DNA of 64,000 nucleotides, taken from Nemertoderma westbladi (lineage: Eukaryota; Animalia; Xenacoelomorpha). The stretch covers positions 124,001 through 188,000 of the forward strand of contig JAUCBJ010000788.1 of NCBI GenBank assembly GCA_032718475.1, in the 5' to 3' direction. This document shows positions 35,450 to 48,602 of this stretch, piece after piece (position 1 is the first letter of the stretch; each line of letters starts with the position of its first letter). The position numbers were made by a program, and so were the translations under genes. The notes under the pieces are model-generated. The model was not told where the DNA came from. It saw only the letters and a list, made by a program, of their open reading frames with translations, and made no database searches.

Positions 35450-37671
35450 TATTATTATTATTATTCCTTTGGTACCCATAGTGATTGCACGAATGGGGAA
35501 GTCTCTTTCTCTACACAAGGTAGGGACTTATAATTAAGGAAATTATATGTAAAGGTGTCTACAGTATTTCACCGGTAACCAACAAAATTAAACACTATAT
35601 CATCGCTAAAGTACGCGACGATATTAGTAAATGTCTACATACATAACCGGTAAATAATTAAAATATAAAAAATGCAGCGTCGCCAGATTGAAAGTTTGTT
35701 TTCCTTTACAGTACGCAGTTGTGATAGTTCCGGTGTGAGCCATTGCACGTCGTTACCACGGTATGTTTGTTTATTACTTACAGTTTTATACTTAATTGGT
35801 GCGTGTTTGTTTAAAATTGTTTCTAACTGATTTTCAAAGAAATTAATTTTTGTATTCGTATCATTTTCATTATATAAGGGATCCCAATTTATTTGTGAAA
35901 TATCAAATAGAAATTTAGATTCGGAAAAAATTGAAAAGTCCCTATAGGATATTTTTTCGTTAATTTTTAATTTGGAATTAATTTTCAGGTTCAAAGAGGT
36001 AAGCGTGTACTCATGGTCTGAGAAATCACAGAAGAAGACCAGACTTTCAATGATGTGTGCGCTGGGGATATTTGACAGTACTAAATCTATTAATGTTTCA
36101 GATGATTTTGTGTAACGAGTAGGTATAGTGTTGTTTAATGATTTTATGTCGTATGTATTTAGTATTTCGTGGATATCGCGTGTAGTTTTATTTTTTGTGT
36201 CTAATAAGTTAATGTTGAAATCACCTTGTAAGATAATACTATGATTTGGTTCGAGCAATAGTGCGTTTTCTATTTCGCTACTTATTTCATCTAAGTATTT
36301 GATTTTTGCACGTGGAGGTCTATATACTGTAGAGATTAGTAAGTTATCTACTTCTACCCAGATAGACTCGATGCTGCTGTTCTTTTCTTTTATATCAGTA
36401 CGTAGTTTACTGTTCATTGTATCGGGGACATATATCATTACACCTCCACCACGACGCTTTTTTCTGTCAAGTCTGTATGTTTTAAATCCAGCAATATGTA
36501 AAGCTGAGTCTGGTATGTTTCTCTTAAGCCAGGTTTCACTAACTGATGCAATAACATTCCTCGACCCCAGCAAGACCTCTTTAAACTCATCTATATTCTT
36601 AAAGAGACTGCGAGCGTTTATATGGATACATTTTAGGTGATCCGGATGGTCTTTTATATAGTTTTTTATATCTGTAATAGAGTTAGGTAATTTAGATTTG
36701 CTATCTGGAAAATAAAAATTTGGTAAATTATTAATATTTATTTTAGTCTTATGTTTATTTTTTTGGTAGTTTCGTTTCGGTCCTGGGTTGGGGTGTACGG
36801 TACCTGAGATTATGAGTAACATATGCACAGTGAGAGCGATTATGTTGAGTATGTCAAGGACGGAGGAACGATAAATGTTAAAGGCTTGAATAGTTGCATA
36901 AAATATTAGAGTCATCTTATTTCTAAGTTGTTTGCTTTTTGTTGATATATGCCATTTTGTACTTTGTTTTACATAAATTAAATTTCCATTAGTAATTAAA
37001 TAGATGAATAGTGTTTGTAAAATGGGGTATTGTGGAAAACGAGGTTTACGGTTAAAGCCTGGAAGTTTGTAGAGTGAAAGTGATGATATAGTAGTCAGTA
37101 TAACTAATGTAGGATTAATAGTAAAGAGAGTTATCAGGGTGGTACTCAATACACCTGAGTATAAATTCAATGAGATAGGAAATAACACAAGACACACTAA
37201 CAGTACAATACTCACGATGCGGGAGATAAGGCGCCATTTAGTTTTCTTAATTAATTTATGTTTGGCGAAGTTTGACCTTACACGCCACCAGTGTATGGAA
37301 TGAGTTTGCTGGTATATATAATCGATTACGATAATTACCGGTAAATAAAGTAAACTCACGAAAAATATGATCCCGTGTAATATAAGGGATATAATAAAGT
37401 AGTTGCAATATATTATTAGTAAAAACAATAATCTCTTAAATATTGAGGTTTGGGACATAATATATCCAATTGGCAGAAGCCAGACTGTCGGACAGATAAA
37501 AATTATACCGTTTATATCGACCTGGTTAGGCAAATATGTGAATAATGAATTAACGGTAAAAGTTAGCATACTGGTTCTAATATTAGTATTAAGGACATCA
37601 CTAAGATTCATCAATAATATTAGCCATACTGTGAAATTCAATCTGGGTAGTGCAAAAAACTTATAAAGTAG
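35450..37671 (-). mobile_element. CR1/L2-group LINE retaining APE endonuclease and an (AAT)n tail but lacking RT
   Basis: ORF 35635-37704: GTVHPNPGP, HINARSL, VSETWL, GGGVMIYV, GDFNIN, IDLV, SDHE. Tail at 35450-35465; possible TSD AGTAT. Confidence 0.88.
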
Positions 37672-39880
37672 AGTATGGAGAGTTACATGCATTCGGGGAT
37701 GCATCTAAAAAGGCATATGCAGCATGTATTTACTTGTGTTTGCGGAAACCAAATCAAACTAGTGGTTGCAAAGTCTCGTGTCGCACCTTTGAAGGAACAA
37801 TCTTCATCGAAGTCTTCATCTAAGCCCCCATCAATGCCCCGTCTAGAACTATTGGCTGCAGTTTTGGCAGCTCGCTTGCTGAACACAGTTCTTGATTCTT
37901 TGCTACCACTGAAACTCACGCCTAAGTTTTTTTGTTGGTCTGACTCTCAAAATGTAATTTGTTGTATTCGCAATACAACCAAGGAGTTCAAACCATTTAT
38001 CGAAAATAAGGTCCGCGAAATCCGATCCTTAACTCAACCAAATATTTGGAATCATGTTCCTGGAACTAGTAATACAGCAGATGTGGCAACTCGTCCAATT
38101 TCACACGAAAAATTTCGTGATTGTAGTATGTGGTGGTATGGCCCATCATGGATACTAAACCCAGTTTCTGAATGGCCTTCCACTAATAAGATAGAAATAC
38201 AAGAACAACATCTACTTCAAACAACACTAGTTGTTGCAACAAACGACATTATAGAACCTACAAAACCATAAATTAATTCAGTGATAAATTCAGAGAAGTT
38301 CAACTCTTACATGAAACTACTTCGCTGTACATGCTATGTAATTCGATTTATTAATAATTTGAAGTCAAAGGTTAAGGGTATAATACTAAAGAAACATATG
38401 GCCCAATAACCACATCTGAAATTCGATCTTTCGAGAAACTTTGGATTCGAGAAAATCAATCTATCGAATTTAAGACTAAACTAATCTACATGAAATCAAA
38501 AGAAGGGAAACGTCCATCTCTTCTAAATAGTCTAAAGTTATTCTTGGATAAAGATGATATTCTGCGGTATGAAACTCGTCTTCAAAATGCTCAATTGAAA
38601 TATGATCAGATATTTCCTATTATTTTGCCCAAAAATTCACACCTTAGCTCATTAATCATCAGTGATGCTCACAATCAAGTTATTCATGGTGGTGTTCAAG
38701 ATACTCTAATACAACTACGGACACGTTTCTGGATACCACAGGGTAGACAACGTGTTAAGTCAATTTTGCTTCGCTGCGTACCTTGTAGAAGGATACAAGG
38801 ATACCCTTACAGACTACCTCAAGTTCCACCCCTGCCTCCATTTCGTGTTGATCAGTCATATCCATTCGCCAATGTTGGAATTGACATGGCTGGTCTACTT
38901 TATGTAAAGTCAGAAGTGTCTACTGACAGTACGTGGAAGGTTTACATTTGCCTTTATACATGCCCCAGCACAAGAGCAATTCATCTGAATTTACTTAACA
39001 ATCTCACAAGTGAAACATTCATAAATTCGTTGAGGCAATTCATAGCTCGAAGAGGAGTCCAAATTCGCAATTTAATGTGGCTTTAGCCCCATGGTGGGGA
39101 GGCCTGTGGGAAAGGCTTGTTCAGTCAACCAAGAAATGTCTCCGCAAAGTCATTGGACGTGCCATTTTGTCATCTGATGATCTGAGAACAATCCGTAGAA
39201 GTCGAAGGAGTTCTCAATTCAACACCACTTACCTATGTCGACACTGAAGATAACGTTGACATATTAACTCCAACTCATCTTCTTTGTGGCCGTCGCCTAG
39301 GTTCACTACCTGATGAGACTGAAGTATCTGAACAATTGAGTGCAACTCAAAACAGTCGTAGACAATCTTACAAACTACGAAAGAGTTTGATAGCTCAATT
39401 TTGGAAATCTTGGTTAGATGAATATCATTGTTTCATGAAAAGTCAACATTGGACTAACACTAAAGACAACAAATCCAATATCAAGATTGGAGATATTGTT
39501 ATTATACATCAAGCTCAAAACCTCGTGCTTTCTGGAAGTTTGGTCGGATAGCAAAACTTATCCATGGCCGAGATGAGCGTGTCCGTGCAGCTGATGTCAC
39601 AGTAGGACTAAAAAAGGTCGGAAACCATATTATACAGCGACCAATAAGTATACTATATCCCCTTGAAGTTCAATCATAAAATGCAGGTGGATTAGTACTA
39701 AAAATGTTGAACTCAGAACCAAATGCACTACCTACTTAGACATGTTTGTTATTAATATTGATTGATATATTTCATAGTTTATACAGTATAATTTTAGAAT
39801 ACCATTACATAGTGGAATATAATTATTTTTTGCATATTGTCAAACTCATGTATGAATATTACATATTCATGGTGGGGAGA

Positions 39881-39946
39881 TGTTGGAGATTTATATTAGC
39901 TTTTATAAACATTCTTCCGTAGTTTTTCGAAACATTATAATATCAT

Positions 39947-39977
<31 letters not shown>

Positions 39978-41019
39978 TTGCTTTTGCCACAAGTAAAATA
40001 CAATCATGACCGATGGTAATAAATATATACCTGGGACACGGAATTTACACCAATAGCCCCCCCCCCCCCCCCCCTCAATATATTACCACGTTATAAACAG
40101 TATATTATGTAAATTTGAATTGCTCTATTGTTTTGTACAAATCCCCTGTTCCTGTTATATGTTAACTCTTTTTATGACATTTCTGGAGAGCATAATATTA
40201 TAGAAGTTATATGGAAGAATATACTGTATATATATATATATACAGTATATTTAGAAGAATAGTTCTGCAAAGAATTTAATTTACCCAAACTGTATATTAT
40301 TTGATAAAGTTACTGATAAATTTATTTTCTGATTACAATGGTGCTTGTTGTTTAATTATCGTTATATTAACTAAGGAAATCAAAGGCATGGGTAGCTCTA
40401 TCAAAAATGGATACCATCTGGAAATCAGATCTCTCCAGGCACCTGAAGACTAAAGTTCTTTCGAGCCACAGTGGAAAGGGTACTTTATACGGGGGTGAGA
40501 CCTGGACACTGACTAAATCACTTGAACAACGAATTGATGGTTGCTACACAAGACTACTAAGGGCAGCCCTAAACATCAGCTGGAGACAACACATGACAAA
40601 CGCCGAGCTTTATGGTACAATACTACAGTACATGTATCAACCACCCTCCGTGAACGCAGATTAAGATTCAGTGGGCACTGCTGGCAAAGTAAAGACGAGG
40701 TCATACCAGATCTACTTCTCTGGCAACCAACTCATGGAAAGCGTAGTCGTGGACGACCGGCCATAACATATATAGATCAACTTGAAAGGGATACTGAACT
40801 TGGGAGAAACGAAATTGCGACAACTATGGAGAATCGGGAAGCCTGGAAGGATCTCATTTCCACTGTCCGAGTTCGCTCGACCTAGTAGTAGTAGTAGAAT
40901 CGGGAAGCCTGGAAGGATCTCATTTCCACTGTCCGAGTTCGTTCGACCTAAAGTAGTAGTAGTACTGTATATTAACTTATGTAATTGTCGTTATATTAAA
41001 ATCATTTTACTTTGCAACA
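39881..41019 (+). repeat. Element A 3' LTR, split by an RTE insertion
   Basis: Begins TGTTG right after the PPT and ends CAACA after an ATTAAA signal. Confidence 0.7.
40373..40967 (+). mobile_element. 5'-truncated RTE LINE with a duplicated 3' end
   Basis: YGGETWTLT, RRLRFSGHCW, (TAG)n tails; 10-bp TSD TATATTAACT (40363-72, 40968-77). Confidence 0.9.
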
Positions 41020-41874
41020 GGCCTCTTCAATGGTGACTTCGAAAATGTCGAAGTCTGTTGTGAGTTCTTTGGAAAAGGCACGTTTAATGATACAGGTTAT
41101 TTCGGTTTACAGTTTTGTGTGCGATTAGTTTTTGTTATACTGTACACAACCCCTGACCTAACCTCGAAACATAATGGGCCTATTATACGACATTTTTGCG
41201 ATACTTTCGGCCCACCGGCCTTCCTCAGACTTCAAGACATGAAGCAAAGAAAATAATAAAATGTGTAAAATTATAAATCGAATTCTGTCTTAAAGGTTGT
41301 CAACAAGAATAAAAACTACAGTAAAGTTCATTTTGTTAATTTAGGCATCAGCTTATATTTTTGCCCATAACTTCGCGAGTTTTCATCGTATCGACCTGAT
41401 TTTGGGCTTGTTCTGTTTGGGATATGAATATTTTATTCAAATTCACCTAAAATTTTATGATTTTATTAAGTTTTCTCATTCAAAACGCTGTGAAAAAAAT
41501 ACAACTTTATTAAATTTATGTTTCAACATTCTAGATTTTCCAATCTAATAGAGCAATAATAATTATTCTTGGTTTCAAAAATATATCAATTTAAGGGTTT
41601 TTATGCGGCATTGCAATAATTACGTCTCAAATGCACCCAAATCGTTGTTTTTCTGTAATTATTTTTATAGGAATCGATTAATGTTTAGTAAGGTGTGATG
41701 ATATAATTATATCAGATATTTATTGTTTTTTTATTTGGTCTGTTGCTATGGCAACATGGACTGTAATGTCACCCGAATGTGTACAATATGACGGGAAGTA
41801 TCACCATGCTACAACTGAGCTGTAGTGATATTTTCAAATAATTACAAATATGAAAGCAAATAGTTGAGTAAAGG

Positions 41875-42049
41875 CAGAGGCGTAGCGACCGCGTCTGGCG
41901 CCCAGGGGAATGAAGCTGAGATGGCGCCCCCCTGTATCACAGTATCACCTGTATCACAATCCCTGACTTTTCACTGATTTGTCTTATTTTTACAAGAATA
42001 CCCTGGTGAGTGCGCCCGGGGGAACATTCCCCCCCTCGCTACGCCTCTG
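41875..42049. mobile_element. hAT-type MITE
   Basis: TIR CAGAGGCGTAGCGA / TCGCTACGCCTCTG; 8-bp TSD AGTAAAGG on both sides. Confidence 0.92.
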
Positions 42050-42789
42050 AGTAAAGGACACGAATTCTCCACTTAAACTTACTATTTTGATACTTGCGTA
42101 AATTACTCGGGTCCAAATAAATTGGCCTGTGTCTGCGACATTGGACGCTATTTGATTTTATATTGCCTTAATGTGTTTCCAAGATGTTATATAAGTTGTG
42201 TGATGGAATTGTGGTGGAGTTGTGTGAAACATTTGAAGCCCAAAAAAAGGCATTAAATCAAAAATGCAGAGGTGGCATCCAGCCTAGCTGGATTCGCCAT
42301 GTCTTGAAGTACAAAAATCAGGTGGATGCCAACCATTAACAAAAAATGCCATCTAAACTTAATTTTAGGAGGTTGGCATGTAGACTATTAATATTAATTA
42401 CTTCCACTTTTAAACTAATGAATGTGAATAACCCGAGAATATTGGATGATCAATAGGAAGCATGTGGATAAATATATAACTATTATAATAATCTTAAACA
42501 ATGAGTTTAATAGATGCCACAGCACTATTCGTGCTGTTTATTATAATATATATAACTGCACAGGGCACCTGATACATGGGGGATACAATATGGAACTCCA
42601 AAAACACATTTACAGTTGGGAACTCCAGCGCCGAAAAAAATAATGATTGTCTAAATGGTTGTAAAGTAAGGATAACAGTGATTGTATTATTATATTAATT
42701 TACAGAAATTGAAAAGATATAGAAAATAAAATATATATGGGAAAATAGATAGATTTTTTATTTCAAGTCTGGACTGAGATAAAAGTAGT

Positions 42790-43600
42790 TTACGAAATTT
42801 GTATTCGGTCGGGATTATGTGGAAGTACCCATTTTGTTCTAAGTTCTCTGTAAGCCGGACATATCAATAAAAAATGTAGTTCATCTTCGATTGCCCCTGA
42901 ATTACAAACCCAACACCAAGATCTCAAAACCCGACACAAAGATCTCCAAACCCGACAACAAGATCTCCAACACCGACCAAGATCTCTCCGAAGCCGCTTG
43001 TTGTTCACACCGTCGCGTCCAACCTCAATCTGCAAACCGTGACTAGTACACCAAGCGAGCAAGGGCCAACTTTAAAGGCCATGATACACCACAGGAGCGG
43101 CGAGCGGCAGCGGCGAGCGGCCGCGGCAAGCGGACACTTTTAAAAATAGAACACATAAATATTTTCTATGGGTGATGATACACCACAAATGGCTGCTGCC
43201 GCTCGCCGCTCCTATAGTGTATCATACTAAAAGTCGCCGCTCACATCATATAGAGAAAAAAGTGCCTTCTTTGCTTTCATTGCCAGCGCCTTCTGCGCTA
43301 CAACAAAATTTCCGGAGGAGGGATAACTCATCCCTAGATATGTGTATGAAGTTACAACTTTTTAAGTTTAACCCTTGTACTGTAAGTCCACTTATCAGCT
43401 ACTGAAGTGGAATCACCTCTTCGGAAAATTACGATATTAGTTTTATCTAATTTGACTGTCAGCGCCCGGTAGTCAGCATAGTGTCCGAGTGTATCAAAAG
43501 CATATTGTAGACTCTCTCTGGGTATTGCAACCAAGACAACGTCGTCAGCGTATAAAGATTTTTCTAAAATGACCCCCCCCCCCTCCCCGGACCAGATAGT
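42790..43600 (-). mobile_element. Degenerate non-LTR retrotransposon fragments (RT and C-terminal CCHC finger), interrupted by a small MITE
   Basis: LYADDVVL..LQ..KT.IVIF and LQIEVGR..C.VC..IEDELHFLLICPAYRELR. Confidence 0.75.
43081..43226. mobile_element. Small foldback MITE
   Basis: ATGATACACCACAGGAGCGGCGAGCGGCAGC is an inverted match to GCTGCCGCTCGCCGCTCCTATAGTGTATCAT. Confidence 0.7.
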
Positions 43601-43724
43601 TTTAAAACCATAAGTACTGGTAAATGACCCAGTGTCCTGTACCATATGTAATATTGAATTATTAATCAAGAATATATAAATAATTGCAACATAATTTTAT
43701 CCACTGTATTATAATTATACTTTG

Positions 43725-43792
43725 AGATACTTTATATCAACAATCGCTTTGTTTTTAATAAAACTTTATAGAGATTGTATCATTAACGCAAC
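43725..43792 (-). promoter_or_regulatory. SECIS element (type II-like) in the deiodinase 3' UTR
   Basis: Minus strand AUGAU-ACAAUCUCU-AU-AAA-GUUUU-AUUA-AAAAC-AA-AGCGAUUGU-UGAU: AUGA/GA core, helix II, apical AAA and mini-stem, about 80 nt after the stop. Confidence 0.85.
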
Positions 43793-43865
43793 AAAAGAAA
43801 TATAATTATTTCAGTGAATGAAATTATAACATACAAATAAAGTCACTAAGTAGATAACTGATCGA

Positions 43866-46800
43866 TCATTGGATCTTCTGTTGTGTGACGTAATTCGCCA
43901 ACCAATCAGACACTTCCTGGGGTCTATAATAGTGAGGCCCAATACCTCCTTCGTAGACACAGATTCCGTTTTGGATAATGAATAGTCTTTCATTGGCTGC
44001 GCCGAAAGCCTAAAATGTGTAAAGTAAATAAGTAAATTAAAGTATAAAAGATGGATAACAAAAAGTTGATAAATGTATGATTATACAATGTGATGTTTTG
44101 ATATCTTGATATTCAAAAAACAATTGAATATTTTTTATTTATTTTCATGCTATATAAAATATGAATTCTCAAATATTGGAAGCTTTTAAATATGTATTTT
44201 GTATCATTTGACAGCATTACAATTATTATTAAAAACATTAAAATTTTATTAAAAACATTAAAATTTTGACAGTAAAAAAAACAATAAAATATTAATTGCA
44301 ATTGAAAAAAAATCGATGTTTCTAAAACTAAATTTCAATGAAAACTTGCAGAATTTTGAAAATATTCCAATTAAAAGAAAATAAATAACTATTTACATCA
44401 TCGTATGCAAAGTAGCACTTTGCAGCGTTATGACCCTAGTTTATTTATGTACCGAGCGAGAGCAGCGAGGGGGGGTTTACATAAATAAACAGGGGCTTTA
44501 TTAACGCTGAAAAGTGACCTTTGCAAGCAATGATGTATGTAATTTTGTTACATTCATGTCAACTTATCAGCGTTCGGTATGTGAAGAAAGGATTTTATGG
44601 ATGCTCTTTTATACATTTTAATCATGTACTATATCGAATATAAGTGAAAGTTATTAACAGACACACAGTATTAATTATACATTTAAATCTAATTAAAGTT
44701 CATTGTTGATATCTCCTGCATGGATGTGATAATCATTAATCCATCTTGTAATGATAATTAAAGGTTGCAGACGACATACTGACTAACAGGGGGATTGTAT
44801 GTATATTTATAAAAATAAATAAACAGGTAACAATAGAGTCTTACACCCCCGCAAACATTATAGCCCAAAAGATTATTCATCCACTAGGGCCACCAAAAAC
44901 CTCAAACAACACAAACAAAAAAACGTCATAAACAAAAGCAAATATATTAAATCTGCTCAACATACAGGTATGTGTCGCACCCTAACCCTAACCTAACCGC
45001 CATACAGTAAATGATACCGGTATTGACTCTATTGTTACCTGTTTATTTATAATTTATATACATACAATACCCCTCTGTTAGTCAGTATGTCGCGCAAAAC
45101 CTTTAATTACACTTCATGAAGGAGAGCAGAATTTACGAGATCGCTGCAAGTTATAAAATCTAATGTTTCGTACTGCGTGTGTCTGTCCTTAGCTACATAC
45201 CAGTTTTCCATTGGGTAATAGATTCACTTACCATATTGGTTTCATTGTTCTGCGGTCTGATGTCTGTTTGGGAGAGTGGTAACAGATTTTGGTGCGATTA
45301 TAGTAGGTCATTATCGGTGCAATATAAATAGGCCTTGGGTAATCCTTTGTCCAGCTGATGAGGTGTCGAGATTACCGCGTGTTATTAAGTAACTAGTACT
45401 AGTAATTATTAATTGCCCTAGTTCTACCCCTTTTACGCCGACACAATGTTATATATTTTCTTATAGAATATAGGCTAAGTTTTTGTGCAGTTATTAACGG
45501 TATCATTTAGTGCATGGCGGTTAGGCTTAGGGTGCGAGACATACGTAATATATTTGTTTTTTGTGTTTTGTTTATGTCGTTTTTTTTGTTTGTATTTTTG
45601 AGGTTTTTGATGGCCCTAGCGGCTGAATATTATTTTGGGCTTTAATGTCCTAATTCTATGTTTTTTTGTTAGTTTGCGGGGGTCTAAGACTTTTTTATTT
45701 AGACTTTTTTTTTATTTTGTTTATTTATTTTTATATTAATCCATCTTGACTATAGTCGACTGAAGCAAACTGAATCATGGTCATCTGTCGCCATTTTCTT
45801 TGCCCACTACATATCTCTAAAGTGTCGTCTATTGGACGTCTCGACATAATGGATTACAGTACATATGTTAAACAATTATTTACATACAGTAATTAGCTAG
45901 TATCGTCACTGCAAACTGGATAATAAAGCAGCACGCATTAATATAAATGGAAATAATACATTCTGGAATACGGTAATTGAAGTTGTTTCCATGTTATTGA
46001 TTACTTTGCAGCGTTCCGTCATATAGGCCGCAACGCGGCAAAGTAGTACTTTGCAGCGTTACGAGTAATTCACCAGAATGCTGTTAAGTTGACATAATGT
46101 AACAATAATACTCTATTAACTTACTATACTCATGGCGTCATTAATATCGTCAGCGACTACAGGAAATGTTTCCCACGTATCGGGATCTAGACTAATGAAA
46201 TACTCTGCGGCTAGAACTCTATCCTCTAAGGATTTATGTTCTGGAATCTTCGAGAAACCTTGGATATTCCATCTGTTAGTAGCGTGGGCTTCCTGTGAAG
46301 TATTAAACATTGTAAACAGTAGGTTGAGGGGAGAGCCACGTTGTTGGGCATGGAAACAAGGACCGACGCACTATTACTTGTCCATTTCCAGTATAACCAC
46401 CACAATGTCATACGAACACATTGAATGAGAACTGCCCTCCAAATCTCTTAATTTAAAACAATGATAAGTTATTAACTACTGGAGTAGGGCTGTCCAGACA
46501 ACAGAACTACTATATTTATTAACAATTTATTTCTTAAGTAAAAAATAACAAAATTTCAACAACATTATCCAACTCATAATTATTTATGATAATTATTAAT
46601 TATTATCCCACGCTGTTTATTTTATAATTCGAAACAGAGCTACTTTTAAAGAGCAGTGTACGGGGAGGTACTGTAGGTACCTAAATCTAGATTCCTCTCT
46701 AAATTAGTCAATCTTATCTCTATTATTAGTTGTTGCTATTACCAACCTGAATATAAATACAGATAAAGTCTGCCACACCCCTGTAGCTCCTCTCAATTAC

Positions 46801-47220
46801 TTTCAGTTTCTCCAAGGAGTACATGAACGGGGGTCATGTGCAACTACCGAATGCAATCACTAGAGGGCGACCCGACCTCATAAAATCGAAGAGAGACGTT
46901 CTGATTGGCTGTTGCTCGGAAACGGGATTGACCGGGAAGTTTTCTACTAGGGAACCGAGATAAACAGTCTTCTGCAGGTCAAATATTTTTTCAATATAAA
47001 CTCGTTTCACGGTGTGCCAGTTAATACTCGTATTGATCAACGTGTTGATTTTGTCTCCACGTTTCTCTAACTGGGTTTCAATATGATTCCTTATTGATTC
47101 GCCAATAGAGTTGGGTGTATAAGGAATCAGTTTGTAGCCAACCTGTAAGACCGCCATCATAAATATAAAAAACATAGATCGAAGAGCTGTAACAATCCTC
47201 ACATACAGACTGACTCGCAT
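43866..47220 (-). CDS. DIO: Iodothyronine deiodinase-family selenoprotein, 261 aa; exons 47220-46747, 46292-46125, 44009-43866; Sec UGA at 46836-46834
   Basis: RPLVIAFGSCT-U-PPF; YIQ|EAH; NDAMSI|AFGAANERLFII..YEGGIGP. All GT-AG phase-0 junctions; exon lengths 474, 168 and 144 are multiples of 3; SECIS downstream. Confidence 0.95.
44756..45109. mobile_element. MITE with TIRs of about 85 bp in deiodinase intron 2
   Basis: TAATTAAAGG..GACATACTGACTAACAG..GGTAACAATAGAGTC is inverted at 45026-45109; its internal part recurs inverted at about 45515-45690. Confidence 0.75.
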
Positions 47221-47478
47221 CGTCGGTTTTATTAATGTGTATTTGTCGAGAAAAAAATAAAAACACTCTACTTATAAACTATTTTAAGCTTTCAGGTTGT
47301 TTTTACTGAGGTAAATACGGAAGTGGGTCCGTGGTAGTTGAGAGAAGGTATCAGACTAGGGATGTCAGATGTTGGCACATTCTGTATTAATTAAGTGTAA
47401 TTAAGCTAAATACAAAAGCACTGTTAACCTTTCAAACGCATTAATTGTAATGGTTACTAAATCAACTAATATAATATA

Positions 47479-48303
47479 CACCATACCCGTAATATAGTGT
47501 CCTTTTCTGATGACAAAGACCCCCCCCCCCCCCAAATTTTTCTACAAATCTTTATCATATTGCTTGAAATTTGAAACACAACTAGTTCAACTCACCGTGG
47601 TTGTTACCATGAAGACGTAATTTTCGATTTCGCCTTTAAATTTTATTTATAAGCGTTGTAATAAAGTGTCTTTTGCGAAAACGCACCCTCTGTATCATTG
47701 CCATTCTTCACTTTAGTCGTAATTTTTTTCACATCAATAGAAAGCTTGCGTTGAAAGGATTCCAAATATGTAACAATATCTGAATTTCGTTGAGAAACAG
47801 CTGAGAAATAGGCGTTTAAAGATTGCCAGAATTATTGTTCGCTGCAAGCCATTTATTCTATTTAATAAATACACAAATTTCTAGAACGAGTTATTTATTT
47901 TATGAGTTGGTAGGCAACAGCGGAATGCCTATACGATATCTATATTGCATAGCTAATCATACATAAACAAATTGTTCCAGATTATTGTGTATTTGTTATG
48001 TTTTTTTATTATTATTATATTTATTATATTTGTTATTTGTTATTAATATTGTGTGAAGAATGGCAATGATACAGAGGGTGCGATTTCGCAAAAGACACTT
48101 TTTTAAAACGCTTATAAATAAAATTTAAAGGCGAAATCGAAAATTCCGGCTTCATGGTAACAACCACGGTGAGTTGAACTAGTTGTGTTTCAAATTTCAA
48201 GCACTTTGATAAAGATTGGTAGAAACATTTGGGGGGGGGGGGGGGGGGGGGGGGTCCGTGTCTTCAGATAATGACACTACTGTATATTACGGGTCATGGT
48301 GTA
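47479..48303. mobile_element. Foldback element with inverted arms of about 230 bp, upstream of the deiodinase start
   Basis: 47479-47710 is the reverse complement of about 48055-48303 (e.g. TTTGAAACACAACTAGTTCAACTCACCGTGGTTGTTACCATGAAG). Confidence 0.85.
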
Positions 48304-48602
48304 TAATTTCTCCACTAATATATATTAATTATCACTAAAATGTATTTCTCATAATAAAAAGAATAACTGTAACCAGTGCTATTGAACTGAGTTTTTTGTT
48401 TTGGTTAGAATAATGTGCCACCAGTTACATGCCCGTTTCCATTACTTGGAGATATTCAATAGATTTTAGTGAAGAATATTATTATTTAGTGAAAACTTAG
48501 GCCTAATGACTTTTTCCTGTCAAAATATAGTGAAAAATGACTATTTTTAGAAGAACGATATATGAATGGCATTTTGAAATGAGGTTTAATCAATCCTAGA
48601 TT

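Larger units (their letters stand above)
32828..39679 (+). pseudogene. Element A pol remnant (interrupted by a MITE and a LINE)
   Basis: FWELE, GPSL, ADIEKAFL, RVPFGLNPSPFLL, IFDP, AKSRVAP, PRLELLAA, GIDMAG, APWWGGLWERLV; many stops and frameshifts. Confidence 0.92.
16320..41019 (+). mobile_element. Element A: degenerate BEL/Pao LTR retrotransposon, host to four nested insertions; 5' LTR absent
   Basis: PBS-like TGGTAC at 16320; gag from 16718; protease, RT (YVHNL, degenerate), RNase H (ELHAFGDAS), integrase and C-terminal RPISILYPLEV; PPT GGTGGGGAGA at 39871-39880; 3' LTR TGTTG...CAACA. Confidence 0.9.

Noticed and set aside
41229-42310. 1.1-kb TIR element (ACTTCAAGACATG inverted pair)
   Set aside because: Only a 13-bp inverted match with no TSD; insufficient support.
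45340-45385. Penelope-type hammerhead (CTGATGAG)
   Set aside because: No GAAA partner or closing stems.
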